This document shows, piece after piece, positions 50,216-61,733 of a DNA stretch of 64,000 bases; position 1 is the stretch's first letter, and the number at the start of each line of letters is the position of its first letter. Location: NCBI RefSeq assembly GCF_018977255.1, contig NW_024704743.1:61134001-61198000 (forward strand), read 5' to 3'. The translations under genes and the position numbers were made by a program. Below the pieces are notes generated by a model. That model ran no database searches, was not told the DNA's origin, and was given only the letters and a program-made list of their open reading frames with translations. This DNA comes from Callorhinchus milii. Its lineage: Eukaryota.

Positions 50216-50549
50216 GGAGTCCTGTAGCTTAGTGGTTAGAGTACTAGCCTGCAAGCAAGAGGACGTGGGTGAAACTTTGGGAAAATTTCCTTACTCCACA
50301 CCCTCTGTTTACCTAGCAGTAAGTAGGAAGCCAGCTGTTAGTTGATTGGCAGATCACTTTTTCGGGGGTAATAATAATAATTTGGTCACTCAATTCGCGA
50401 CTGTTTGTGGGGCAGTGCTGTGCACAATTGGCTGCCACGTTTCACCCACAAAATATACAGTCAATTCACTTTACAGTATATTCTGTTAAGCGCTTTGAGA
50501 CGTCTCAAAGACGTGATAAAGCCCTATATCAAATGTAAAGATTATTATT
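50216..50549 (+). mobile_element. tRNA-derived SINE (ELP2 intron 10)
   Basis: GGAGTCCTGTAGCTTAGTGGTTAGAG head. Tail GAGACGTCTCAAAGACGTGATAAAGCCCTATATCAAATG. Confidence 0.88.
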
Positions 50550-50953
50550 TTGTGACAAAATGCTAGAAGAATATTTTGTCCCATCAAATTCAATCATTTC
50601 AAGGGAACATAAATAGTTTTGCACAGGCATGGACTCTTATTGACTTGAATTAATCTGAAGAAAGAAAGAACTTAGATTCATATAACTTTACCATGTACAA
50701 ATGTCTCACAATTCTTCACAATTAAGATTGTCAAGTGTAATAACTGTTGTTTTTCTAGGCAAATGCAGCCATTTGGCCAAACAAGATGGGAAGGGAAAAG
50801 ATTTAGTCCTTTGCTGTCTCATGTTTGTTTTTCAAAGGAACAAGCTTTTTACTAAAAGTAGTTTTACTATCATTTTTTCTGTGCAAAATACTCTATTTAA
50901 TTGTTTATTTTTGCTGAAGGGAGACTAAAAGATCCTTTTGTTTTTCTCATCAG

Positions 50954-51085
50954 GTTCGCGTGGGAGAGGTTGGAGGAAATACGTTAGGTTTCTATGGCTG
51001 CCAGTTTAGTCCAGATGGATCAATGATTTTGGCACATGCATTCAATGGAGCGCTTCATATCTGGTGCCAAAACCAATCTAAGAAG
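50954..51085 (+). CDS. ELP2: ELP2 exon 11
   Basis: CATCAG| acceptor, [44 protein letters not shown], donor AAG|GTGAGT, 132 nt. Confidence 0.97.
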
Positions 51086-51864
51086 GTGAGTTTGGGGTAT
51101 TATTTTGAAAATGCTGCAGTTTATCACTATGCATAATTTGCTATGAAGACTTTTCAGCATTAATATGTAATTTATGTTTCTGTGCAGACTTGTTGTCCTT
51201 GTTATTGACACCCATAATCACTGCTTTCAGTCCCACTGAACAACATATGGTGATGGTGACTTACATTTACATAGCACCCTTTATACAGGATAGCATTTCA
51301 TAGGGTTGAAATACTCAATAATTGATACATCATATACTGCATGACGTTTATCACATACCCTTTTATCCTTTACTATTTTACTTTGGGTTTGCTGAGAGGC
51401 TCTTTGTGTATTTTACAGCGCTACATTAAACAGCTACACAGGTTATTGGTGGTGATGTTCACCTGAGTTGATTCTGGGAAGATTATTTGTCCACAGATTA
51501 ATGAATTGCAGTAGTCAAAGATTACAGAGTGCTCTGCCCTGCCATAATAGTGAAGCATGTGTTAAATTGCAGAAAAAAGGCTGCTAAGAGAAATACTCCA
51601 CATATTTGACTCAAGTCATCAGTATCCTAAAGGGAAAGTGCAGCTGATGAGGAGGGAGTCCTCAAGAAGAGCTGTTGGCAAGTGAACTGGAAAGTTAATT
51701 AGCTGCTGGGTGACTTACCTATAATTGGCGCTTACTGGTGGACTCTGGTGAAACTGTCACCTGTCTTGCTTAATAGTCCTCAAGGTGCTAAACCAAAGGC
51801 TAATGTTCTATATCACTGAACTATATCTAAGTGCCGAAATGGCAGCAGAAGTGGCAGAAAAAAG

Positions 51865-52944
51865 AAAATAGAGAGTAGGGGTAAACAGGTCCTTCTCAGA
51901 TTGGCAGGATATGACTAGTGTAGTGCCACAAGGATCAGTGCTTGGGCCTCAAGTATTTATAAGCTATATCAATGATCTAGATGAGGACATAGAACTTAAA
52001 ATATCTAAATTTGTGGATGATACTAAGCTAGGTGGGAGAGTAAGCTCTGAGGCTGACACAGAAAGAGTGCAAAGGGATATAGATGGGCTAGGTGAGTGGA
52101 CAAGAAGGTGGCAGATGGAATATAATGTGGGGAAGTGTGAAGTTATTCACCTAGGTAGTAAAAACAGAAAAGCAGATTATTTTCTAGAGGGAGAGAGACT
52201 AGATAGTGTTAGTGTTCAAAGGGATTTGGGTGTCCTTGTACACCAGTCACAAAAAGTTAGTACGTAGGTACAGCAAGCAACTAGGAAGGCTAATGGCATG
52301 TTGGCGTTTATTGCAAAAAGGTTAGAATACAAGAGTAGGGAAGTCTTGCTGCAATTTTATAAGCCTTGGTGAGATCACACCTAGAATATGGTGTGCAGTT
52401 TTGGTCTCCTTATTTAAGAAAGGACATACTCGCCTCAAAGGGGGTGCAGCGTAGATTCACTAGATTAGTTCCTGGGATGAGGGGGTTGACCTATGAGGAG
52501 AGGTTGAGTAAACTAGGCCTATATTCTCTAGAATATAGAAGAATTAGGGGTGATCTTATAGAAACAATTAAGATTCTTATGGGGCTTGACAGAGTAGACA
52601 GTGCAAGACTATTTCCCTGGTTGGAGAATCTAGAACTAGGGATCACAGTCTTAAGATTAAGGGACAGCCCTTTCGAACTGAGTTGAGGAAACATTTCTTC
52701 ACTCAGAGGGTAGTAAATTTATGGAATTGTCTACTCCAGAAGGCTGTAGATTCTCAGTCCTTGAACATATTCAAGACTGAGATTGATCGGTTTCTAAAGG
52801 ATAGAGGGATTAAGGGATGTGGGGATAAGGCGGGCAGATGGAGTTAGGTTAGCAGATCAGCCATGATCTTATTGAATGGCGGGGCAGGCTCGAGGGGCCG
52901 AATGGTCTACTCCTGCTCCTAATTCCTATGTTCCTATGTTCCTA
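51865..52944 (+). mobile_element. 5'-truncated CR1 LINE, same subfamily as 1872-4914
   Basis: ORFs 51911-52267 and 52366-52686 are nearly identical to 2550-3041 and 2131-2451. Ends in TTCCTATGTTCCTATGTTCCTA. Confidence 0.93.
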
Positions 52945-53344
52945 AGTAAAAAATCTACTAAGATTCGGCTTCACTGCTCACCCTAGCATTGGCACAGTTT
53001 TAAGTATGTTATATACCGTACTTAAAGCTGAGCTTAACCTTGAGGTGACCCAGAGCAAAGTGCTTTGTCTTCATTTAATAGTGGTTGCCTTATTGCCTTC
53101 TAGGGATTGTTTAATTAGGAAAATTAAATGTATATTAATCTTGGGAGATTGATGTTGAAGAAGATGGAGATTTAAATATTAGAATTATGGCAAAAGAGGA
53201 GATTGCATGATCAGTGGCTGACAGAAGGACTTGTTATCTCTTTGGTTTAGAAGAGTGAATGAAATGTAATGAGAAGATAATTAGGTGGATTGTCACTTGC
53301 ATTAGTTATATCAGTGATGAATAATGGAACTAACCAGTGAGGAA

Positions 53345-54570
53345 AACAACAACAATAAAATTACATTTATAGAGCACTTTTCACGTCGGGAGCACTTCCC
53401 AAAGCGCTGAACAGTCAGGTATCGGGGTCCGAGCATGGGGGAGGGGTGGTGTAAGGGTGAGGGAAGGCAGAGAGGTGGGAGGGAGACCAAAGACATGGTC
53501 GAAGAGTAGCTTCTTGAGATTGGCCTTGAAGAAGGCAACGGAGGATGTAGGCGAAGGGACCGTGGGATGGAGTTCCAGAGTGTGGGGGCAGAGAGGCTGA
53601 AAGCCCGGCCACCGATGGTCGGGCGGGAAACATGGAGCAGACCGGAGCCCAATGAACGAAGGGAGCGGGGAGTTTGGTAGGGAGTCAGCAGGTCATAGAG
53701 GTGGGGGGGCAAGGCCATGGATGGCCTTAAAGGTGAGGACGAGGATCTTGAACTTGATCCTCTGGGGGATGGGGAGCCAGTGGAGTCGGGCGAGGGTGGG
53801 AGTGATGGGGTCACGGAGCCTGGTGCGTGAGAGCACACGAGCTGCAGAGTTTTGGATGATCTGCAGCTTGTGAAGGGAAGAGTTGGGAAGGCCAATGAGG
53901 AGGGAGTTCCTGTAATCGAGCCTTGATGTGACGAATGCGTGGGTGAGGGTTTCGGCAGCCTGAGGGGTGAGGCAGCGGCGGATTCTGGCAATATTGCGGA
54001 GGTGATGGTAGGCAGTGCCAGTCATGGGGTGGATGTAGGGGAGAAAGGACAGTTCAGGGTCAAACAAGACACCCAGGTTCCTGACTGGCTTAGTGAGGTT
54101 GAGTGTGCAGCTGTGGAGGCTGATACTGCCAGCGCCTGAGGTGCGGAGGCGCTGGCGCGAGCAAATCAGGAGGCCCTCGGTCTTGCTGATGTTGAGTTGG
54201 AGAAAGTTGGCCCTTGACCAGGACTTGATGTCGGACAGGCAGTCAGTCAGGATGCCAATGGTCCTGGGTTGAGGGTGGAGGCAGAGAGGTAAGAGTTGGG
54301 TGTCATCCGCATACATGTGGAAATTTAGCCCATGTCTGCGGATGATGTCACCAAGAGGGAACATGTAGAGGGTGAAGAGGAGGGGACTGAGTACAGAGCC
54401 CTGAGGGACACCGCACGAGACAGTGCAGGGGCTGGAGAAGAAGCCGTTTCCCGCGACAAAGTGGAGGTGGTGTGAGAGGTAGGACCTGAATAGTCAAGGA
54501 CAGAACCTTGAAGGTTGAGGTGGGAGGAGAGGCGGTGGAGGAGGATTGAATGGTCGACTGTGTCAACGGC
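53345..54570 (-). mobile_element. L2-clade LINE, 5'-truncated
   Basis: ORF 53693-54364 with [24 protein letters not shown]2 tail at 53345-53410. Confidence 0.92.
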
Positions 54571-55187
54571 CGTAAAATTGTAAAAACTTTACGATTTGCA
54601 CTTAAATAGTACCTTTCATGTAGAAAAATATTTCAAGGCACTTCATGCAAGGAATGGGAGTCTGGGTAGGGTGAGAGTTTGGGTAAGTAACCAGCGGGGG
54701 CGAACGTGGAGCAGAGGAAAAGGTTCACAGGAGATCAAACTGAGCCCAACATCAATCAAACTGCAGCAGATTACTCTCGGAGTCTGAGTCTCTGACTGCA
54801 TTTTGAGTTACAGAGACCCTGGCTTTGTAAAGCGCTCCGGGACAGTATCTAAGTGACAAGTTCCAACAATAATTGCAAGTTGTTGTTGTTTGAACTTAAT
54901 CCTTGAGGTTTTATGTAAGTACGATAGGTTGTGGTAGGCTCTACTATATGGTCTTTAACTATTAATAGAACCAGATAAAAAATTGGTGCTGTTGTGTTTA
55001 ATAGATGTGCCTATTTATAAGGGGTATGATGAGACTACAGAAAATTATAGACTCATCAGCCTAATAAACGTCTACAGTATGGGGCAGGTATTTAATTAAA
55101 TGGTGAATGATGCTTTATATAACACGCTTGATAAACAAATAATGTTTTTAAAAAAAAGTTTCTGTCTGGCATTTGTGTGTCCTGGGC

Positions 55188-55939
55188 TGGGCCAATAGAA
55201 AAGATATTTGCCAAAATTGCGGGGAGATTTGGAGATTCTGCGGGAAATTGGTACATTTTACTCCCAACCCACATATTTTCATTTTATTGATTAAAAACTA
55301 AACATGAAGAAACAAAGCATATTAGATTGTTGCAAAAAAAATATTGATTGTTTCTTTAACAAAAAGCTGGGTGGCAATTTTTTTGTGGGGGTTGAATGGG
55401 TACACCAGCGAGGCTACAGAAGCTTTCAGCGCTCAGCATCGCACACTGAGAGAGACACACATACACTGACGGACACAGAGAGACACACACACTGACAGAC
55501 ACAGCCACGCACATTCTCGGAGAGATTCACACGCACATAGAAACACTCACAAACACATAGAGAGACGCACAGGCACAAACACATAGAGGAGAGGGTGACA
55601 CAGACATACTCACACAGACACTCACAAACAGAGAAACACGCAGACACACGCAGACATTCACAAATGCAGATAGAGAGACATACACAAAGACAATCATACA
55701 CACCCACACACACAAACACACAGAGAGACACACAGATAATGGGCCTCCGAGTGAAGCCCATTTGCCGCTTGCGCTGTACCGTGCATGCGCGTCTGTAGCC
55801 TCCCCACCCACAGTGACGTCAAGTAAACAGCCAAGAGGCCCACGGGCCAGACACTGCAATTATAGCGGGTTTGTAGCTGAGCAGGGTGGTTGTAGTGGAT
55901 TCCGTGGGAAAAGTGCAGCGGCACTTTTCTATTGGCCCA
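55188..55939. mobile_element. Non-autonomous DNA transposon (MITE-like) with 16-bp TIR and 4-bp TSD
   Basis: TGGGCCAATAGAAAAG (55188-55203) and its exact reverse complement CTTTTCTATTGGCCCA (55924-55939). GGGC directly flanks both ends (55184-55187 and 55940-55943). Confidence 0.75.
55441..55735. repeat. Degenerate (CA/GA)n simple repeat inside the TIR element
   Basis: Seen directly. Confidence 0.9.
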
Positions 55940-56090
55940 GGGCACGGCTTCTTGATACCTACATTAACAATCAAGCCCATTTTTCATCACGAGCAATTAA
56001 TTCCCTGCCATCTCTCAGTAGATCATCTGATGACTTAATTTTCCATTGAAACAAGTAATAGTTTCTTCCACTGAATTGGATTAGAAAATA

Positions 56091-56410
56091 AATAATAATA
56101 ATAATAATCCTTGCATTTGATATAGCGCTTTTCACGTCTTCTAGACTTCTCAAGGCGCTTCACAGAATATGCTGTAAAGTGAATTGACTGTATATTTGTG
56201 GGCAAAATGCGACAGCCAATTGCGCACAGCGGTATCCCACAAACAGTTGTGGATTGAAAATGAGAAATTTATTATTGTATTTTGTTTCGGAGGGATTATT
56301 ATTAGGTGTGTGGAGTAAGGAAACTTGCCCAAGGTTTCGTCCTGCCTGGAATTGAGCCCAGGTGTCTCGCTTGCAAGGCGAGTACTCTAACCATTGAGCT
56401 ACAGGACTCC
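56091..56410 (-). mobile_element. tRNA-derived SINE, full length (ELP2 intron 11)
   Basis: Reverse complement of the 8512-type SINE. Confidence 0.9.
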
Positions 56411-56720
56411 GATGGAAGGAAAAAAAACAAAGAAGAATGGGATACTTAGTAGATCAAGGCTTCCAAATGCTCCAGAATCATGGTTCAAAACTGGATTGAT
56501 TGCAAAGCTGCTTAACCAGATTGTGAGCAGTATTAAAAGTGCTGTTTTATTCTCGCTACCTATCACACAATCTGACATCAGGGAGTCATGTATGTTGTAC
56601 CTGTCTTCATCTCGAACACCAGACTTTTCAGTAATTAAAATGTACTACAGTGGCTCAATTAGTTGTAGATTTGGGAGTAAAATAACATTTGCCGAGATGT
56701 ATTGTTGGGGGTTTGTTAAG

Positions 56721-56881
56721 TAATAATAATTCTTACATTTGATAAAGCGCCTTATCACGTTGTTGAGATGTCTCAAAGCACTTCACAGAATATACTGTAA
56801 AATGAATTGACTGTATATTTTGTGGGAGAAACGCGGAAGCGAATTGCAAATAACAGTGTCCCACAAATGGTTGTGGATTGA
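56721..56881 (-). mobile_element. SINE 3' fragment
   Basis: Reverse-complement SINE tail. Confidence 0.75.
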
Positions 56882-59471
56882 TCGCTACTGAGATAGGTGA
56901 ATCTTGTAAAAATTGTAAATGCAGCAGAGAAAAACACAGGGATCAATGGTTCCTGAAAGGATGTAAGACTGTGTATCTGGGTTTATCCAGCACCCTTCAT
57001 ACTTGAGGACTTACCCATTGGTGGGATTCCAAACCTTCTCCCATGGTTTGCTGGATAAACAGTTTTTTTTCTTTTTGAGGGATAAAGTAAACTTTTAAGG
57101 CACAATTGTGATTTGCTTGAAATAAATCATCCATTTAATCTCATAGCTTCTTGAGACGTTTTTTTGTTAGAAAATATGTGTATGTGGCAAACTTCAAACA
57201 TGCAAGCAGTACATGTCCACCTGGCTGCTAAAAGTAGACCCCAACTTTTGGCAAGAAAAACACCCAAATTATCCTAGGGTTTTTTTTTGTATGTGTTGTG
57301 AGTTCAGTTTGAGTGGTCTGGCTGGAGTTCAAAAAGTTCAAAAAGATTATTTTTTTTGCCACACTCTTGAATATTTATTCAGCAAATCTGCTTTTGGATG
57401 GTATTTTTGACAACCATTAATGTGCATATATTCTCAGTGATCATTCTCTCTTGTAGGACTGTGGTGAATTTTTACATTGAAGAATTTGTATTGCCAGTGA
57501 TAGTCTCCCATGTTTTTTTATTTTACGGCATTTTAATGTATAGTAATGTTTTTNATTGCAAGGATAAATCATATGAAAATGAAGATTATTGCAATTGCCT
57601 TTTATTTCATGTTGTACATTTTTTTTTCTCTGAAGTTAGTGAATCTCCCACTGTCATAGGAAGCTTCCAATCTATTCCTTGTGAGGGTAAGGCCACAACA
57701 CAAAATGAGCAGTTTCTCAATCAGATGTCATAAAGATTACTTTACATTAGAATGCTTGGTGAGTGTTCTTCTAAAATAATTACCTAGTATTGGAGCAGAG
57801 CAGAGGGAGCTGCACTCTGTCAATATCTGACTTGGCAGTGCTTTCTGCAACTTAGGCCAAATAAGGAAAATGTCCCATTTCCCAGCACCAATGTCAGTCC
57901 CCTAATATAAAACCGAACAGAAATGCATAGTCATGCTTTTTGAATTCAACTGTGAAAACTGCTCTCAATTTGAAAGTTAAAGCTGTCAGCAATATCTTTG
58001 GAATATACCTCTTTAACAGCGATTACAAAAATTGAAAGTAGAGAGAATGTAATAGGTGTTGAAAAGTTATTTGATATCACATGTAAGTTCATGAAATTCC
58101 TCTGTCTGGGCTAAATAAATTGCTGTTGTTTCTTACCAAATTGCAACTTAAGCACGGGAGCCCGCTGATTTCCACTATCTACTGTGGCATTGCTTTTCTC
58201 CCCTTCCTATAGCAGACAAATGGAAGACAGTAACAAAAGTATATCACAGGGTAGTTTCAGTGGTTTGAAGGCAGTAACTCATTAATGGTGACATCATGTG
58301 TGTGGAACAAATGGATTTTGTACGGGTGTGGGTGGGTGGGGGAGGAATTGTCTCAAACTTAATCTGCATTTTAAGTCATGATTGCTGTTAGTTTTTATAA
58401 GATCATTTGTTCAACAGTAGATTCTAAGGGTGAATTTGTTATGGTGGATTTTGAATGGCTTATAGAAGGAGCCAGCTTGATGGTGTAAATGGCATCTTCA
58501 TCCCACGGTTTAGTTCTGGTGCCGCTTTTATTATATAAATCTCTTTAAGTACAGTTGGCCTTCAAACCTGGTCTGAGTAGTTATTCCAGAATCTTTGTTT
58601 TAAAATTTATGTTCTAAAATAAGTGTCTTAATAATTATTTCCTTCAGTGGATTTTCAGATGACAAAAGTATTTGGATGGAGTTTGCAAAAAAATTTGTAA
58701 CTAACCTGATGTGTCGAGGGTTACTCCTGGATGTTGTGATGAAGATATCCAAGTTCCAGAGGGTGGTTGTGAAATTTGTTACTTGAAAATATGTTTAGAA
58801 TTGACATATCTGCCTATTATGTCAATTCAATGTCAACTATTATTACCCCCCACATAAATTAAAGTATGTTACCTGATTATCAAGTTATTTGTACTAATCT
58901 CCAAATCTCCGTTTTCTCCAAATCAACCTTCTAATTTACTCGCACCATTCTGCTCATTCTCTGTACCCTTAAAAATTCCTCCTTTTCAAATGTTTACCCA
59001 ATTCCCTTTAAAAATAATTTAATAACACTGCTTGAACGGTTGTTTGTGGCAGAGAATTCCTACCATCCTTTCGGAAACGAAATGTTTTCTAACCTCCCCT
59101 TTTAATTCTTGTTGCGATCAGCCTAAGTTTCCAGGTGATGTAATTGGAATAGCTGTACTTGAAGGATACAGAGCATTGAATAGCAAGATAAAATGAAGAA
59201 TTAGGCAAAAGCAGTCAAGCACTTACCATCGTGTCCTTTTTTCATTTTTTTGTTTTACCAATCGTGCATATAGAGGTTATGATTTATTTTGCTTTATTTT
59301 TAACTGTAGATGTTTCCTATGGAACAATCACTATGTAAAATTGATTTCTGTGTGTGCAATCAAATCGCATTAATTGGGGACACCACTTAATTTGATGCCA
59401 ATATTCTATCTGTATTTGTAACAGCCTCTAAGTGAGCTGTACTGTTACACTGATACCTCAAATGCTTTCAG

Positions 59472-59621
59472 GGAGAATGGAGCCCAGGAGTGGTGCTTTC
59501 TGGACATTTTGGAGCTGTACAAGACTTGAGCTGGGATCCTGAGGGAGAGTTTATTTTGAGTGTTGGCGCTGATCAGACAACCAGATTGTTTGCTCCATGG
59601 AGACGGAAAGAACATGAACAG
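59472..59621 (+). CDS. ELP2: ELP2 exon 12
   Basis: TTTCAG| acceptor, [50 protein letters not shown], donor CAG|GTAATG, 150 nt. Confidence 0.97.
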
Positions 59622-60329
59622 GTAATGTTTGCAACACTGATTAGCATCAGAAGTATACAAGGTCAGTAGAGCTGAGCCAAACCTTTGGATTTTATATTCC
59701 CTATGAGGGATATTGGATCAGGTTACGCTTTTAAACTTGTGTGCATTTAAAATGATTTCATTGCCCTTTAGATTATGGTATTTTTGGTTGAAGCAATACA
59801 TTTGGAAAATGCAGTTTTCTAAAAGCAATTTGGCAGTGAAATCAATTGGTACAATAACATTTTAAGCCACATGTTTTTAGAATGTAGATACTACTATGGC
59901 TGCAATTAATCCACATGGTATGTTCTCAATCTAGACACTTCAGTGCTGAAAGAGGGGGATTCTGCTACAGAATCAAAGAGAGGTTTGGAAGAAAAAGGTC
60001 CATTAGTGGTTTGGTCTTATTCCTCCCGAACAACAGATTTCCTGCCTTTCCATTATATCATCAGAGCCTCCTCACTATTTTGCTTCTTATTGGGTGATTA
60101 TAGAGGATTGGTCAAGGGATGGGGACATATTTTTGTTCTCAGCTACTGAATGGTCCCTGGAAAGGCAGATAAATAACATTTAAAAAAAAGAAAAGTAGGG
60201 ACCATACAAAATTAGAAACACAGTTAACTGAATATAAACTGAAAGTGTGGCCTTAAATACTGCAAAGAATGGGTAAGGTGGAGGGGTTGATGTTGGGAGT
60301 TCCAAAGAACTGGGGCATAGTGACTCCAG

Positions 60330-61118
60330 TTGGACGTTGTTAAGACTGAGGCCCTCCTGATTGGCTCTTGTCAGCGCCTCCACACCTCAGGCACTGGCAG
60401 CATCACCATCCATGGATGCACACTCCACCTCACTGAGCCAGTACGTAACCTTGTTTGAACCTCAATTGTCCTTTCTACCCCACATCCGTGGCATGAACCT
60501 CTCTGCCTTCCCCCACCTCCTCAACATTGCCTGACTCCACTACTGTCTCACCCCTCAGGTTGCCAAAACCCTCATTCCCTGCTTGTCAGCCTTTCCAACT
60601 CTTCAAGTTGCACATCATCCAGAACTCTGCAGCTTGTTTCCTCTCCCGCACCGGGCTCCATGATCCCATCACCCCCAACTGGCTCCACTGACGCCCCATC
60701 CCTCAGAGGATAGAGTTCAAAATCCTTGTCCTTGGCCTTGCCTTCAAGGCTCTCCATGGTCTTGCTCCTTCCTACCTCTGTTATATACCCTTTATCAACT
60801 TGTCTGTTGCCTCCGCTCAGCAGGCTCTGGCCTACTCCACTATCCCCCGCCCATCTTCGGCAGTTGGGTCTTCAGCCTCTCTGCCGCCAACCTTTGGAAC
60901 TCCATCCCGCAGTCCCTTCGCCTTGCTCCCTGCCTTACCTTGTTCGAGGCATATCTCAATACCCTTATTTTTGACCGCCCCATCGGTCACCTTCCTACCC
61001 CTACCCTCCCTGCCCTGCAGCCCCCGATCCCAACCACAGCTCAGGTCCAAATTCCTGTCCAGAGCCTTGGGACATCCCCGACGTGAAAAGCACTATACAA
61101 ATGTAATTTATTGTTGTT
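60330..61118 (+). mobile_element. L2 LINE 3' fragment
   Basis: Starts AAGACTGAGGCCCTCCTGATTGGCTC as in the 5512 and 21975 copies. Ends in tail GGGACATCCCCGACGTGAAAAGCACTATACAAATGTAATTTATTGTTGTT. Confidence 0.85.
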
Positions 61119-61541
61119 GAAGGCATGGATGCTTATGGTGGGGCAGGGAATACACAGTGGCCTGATTTTGGAGAATGCTGAGTTTACCTAACCTGTCAAT
61201 CCCTTTTATTATTTTAAATATCTCAATCCAATCGCCCCTTGACATTTTTTATAAGGATATATCCCCAGTCTACTCATCCTTTCATCATTGAAATGTCCTT
61301 TTCGTTTTGAACTGTGTCTTGGAATCATTAACACCCACCTGTGCAGGCAGACCTTTATTTAATGTCTCAATTAAAAGCAGCACTTCTGACAATGCAGAGC
61401 TTTCATCAGTATTGAACTGGAATGTCAGTTTCGTCATTTGAACCAAGACACAACATGGGCCATGAACCTATAACATCCCAATGCAGGAGGAAGAGTGCTA
61501 TGACCTGAGATAAACTAACGTATATTTTTCTTTCTATATAG

Positions 61542-61733
61542 GTGACCTGGCATGAAATTGCACGCCCACAGATACATGGCTATGACATGCAGTGCCTAGC
61601 AATGATTGGCCGTTTTCAGTTTGTTTCCGGTGCTGATGAGAAGGTGCTTCGGGTTTTCTCTGCCACTAAAAACTTTGTGGAAAACTTCAGTTTCATCACA
61701 GGTACCACAGTTGAGGACCTTCTCTCAACCAAT
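61542..61733 (+). CDS. ELP2: ELP2 exon 13 (gene continues beyond the window)
   Basis: TATATAG| acceptor, [49 protein letters not shown]...LLSTN, donor AAT|GTAAGT, 192 nt. The next ELP2 exon (PALGLSNKA motif) was not found before 64000. Confidence 0.97.

Noticed and set aside
55426..55859. Cys/Val-rich ORFs
   Set aside because: Translations of the CA/GA simple repeat.
57398..57765. 111-aa ORF with nearby splice-like signals and a single N at 57554
   Set aside because: AT-rich intronic sequence with no recognisable homology. ELP2 exons 11 and 12 already join in frame.
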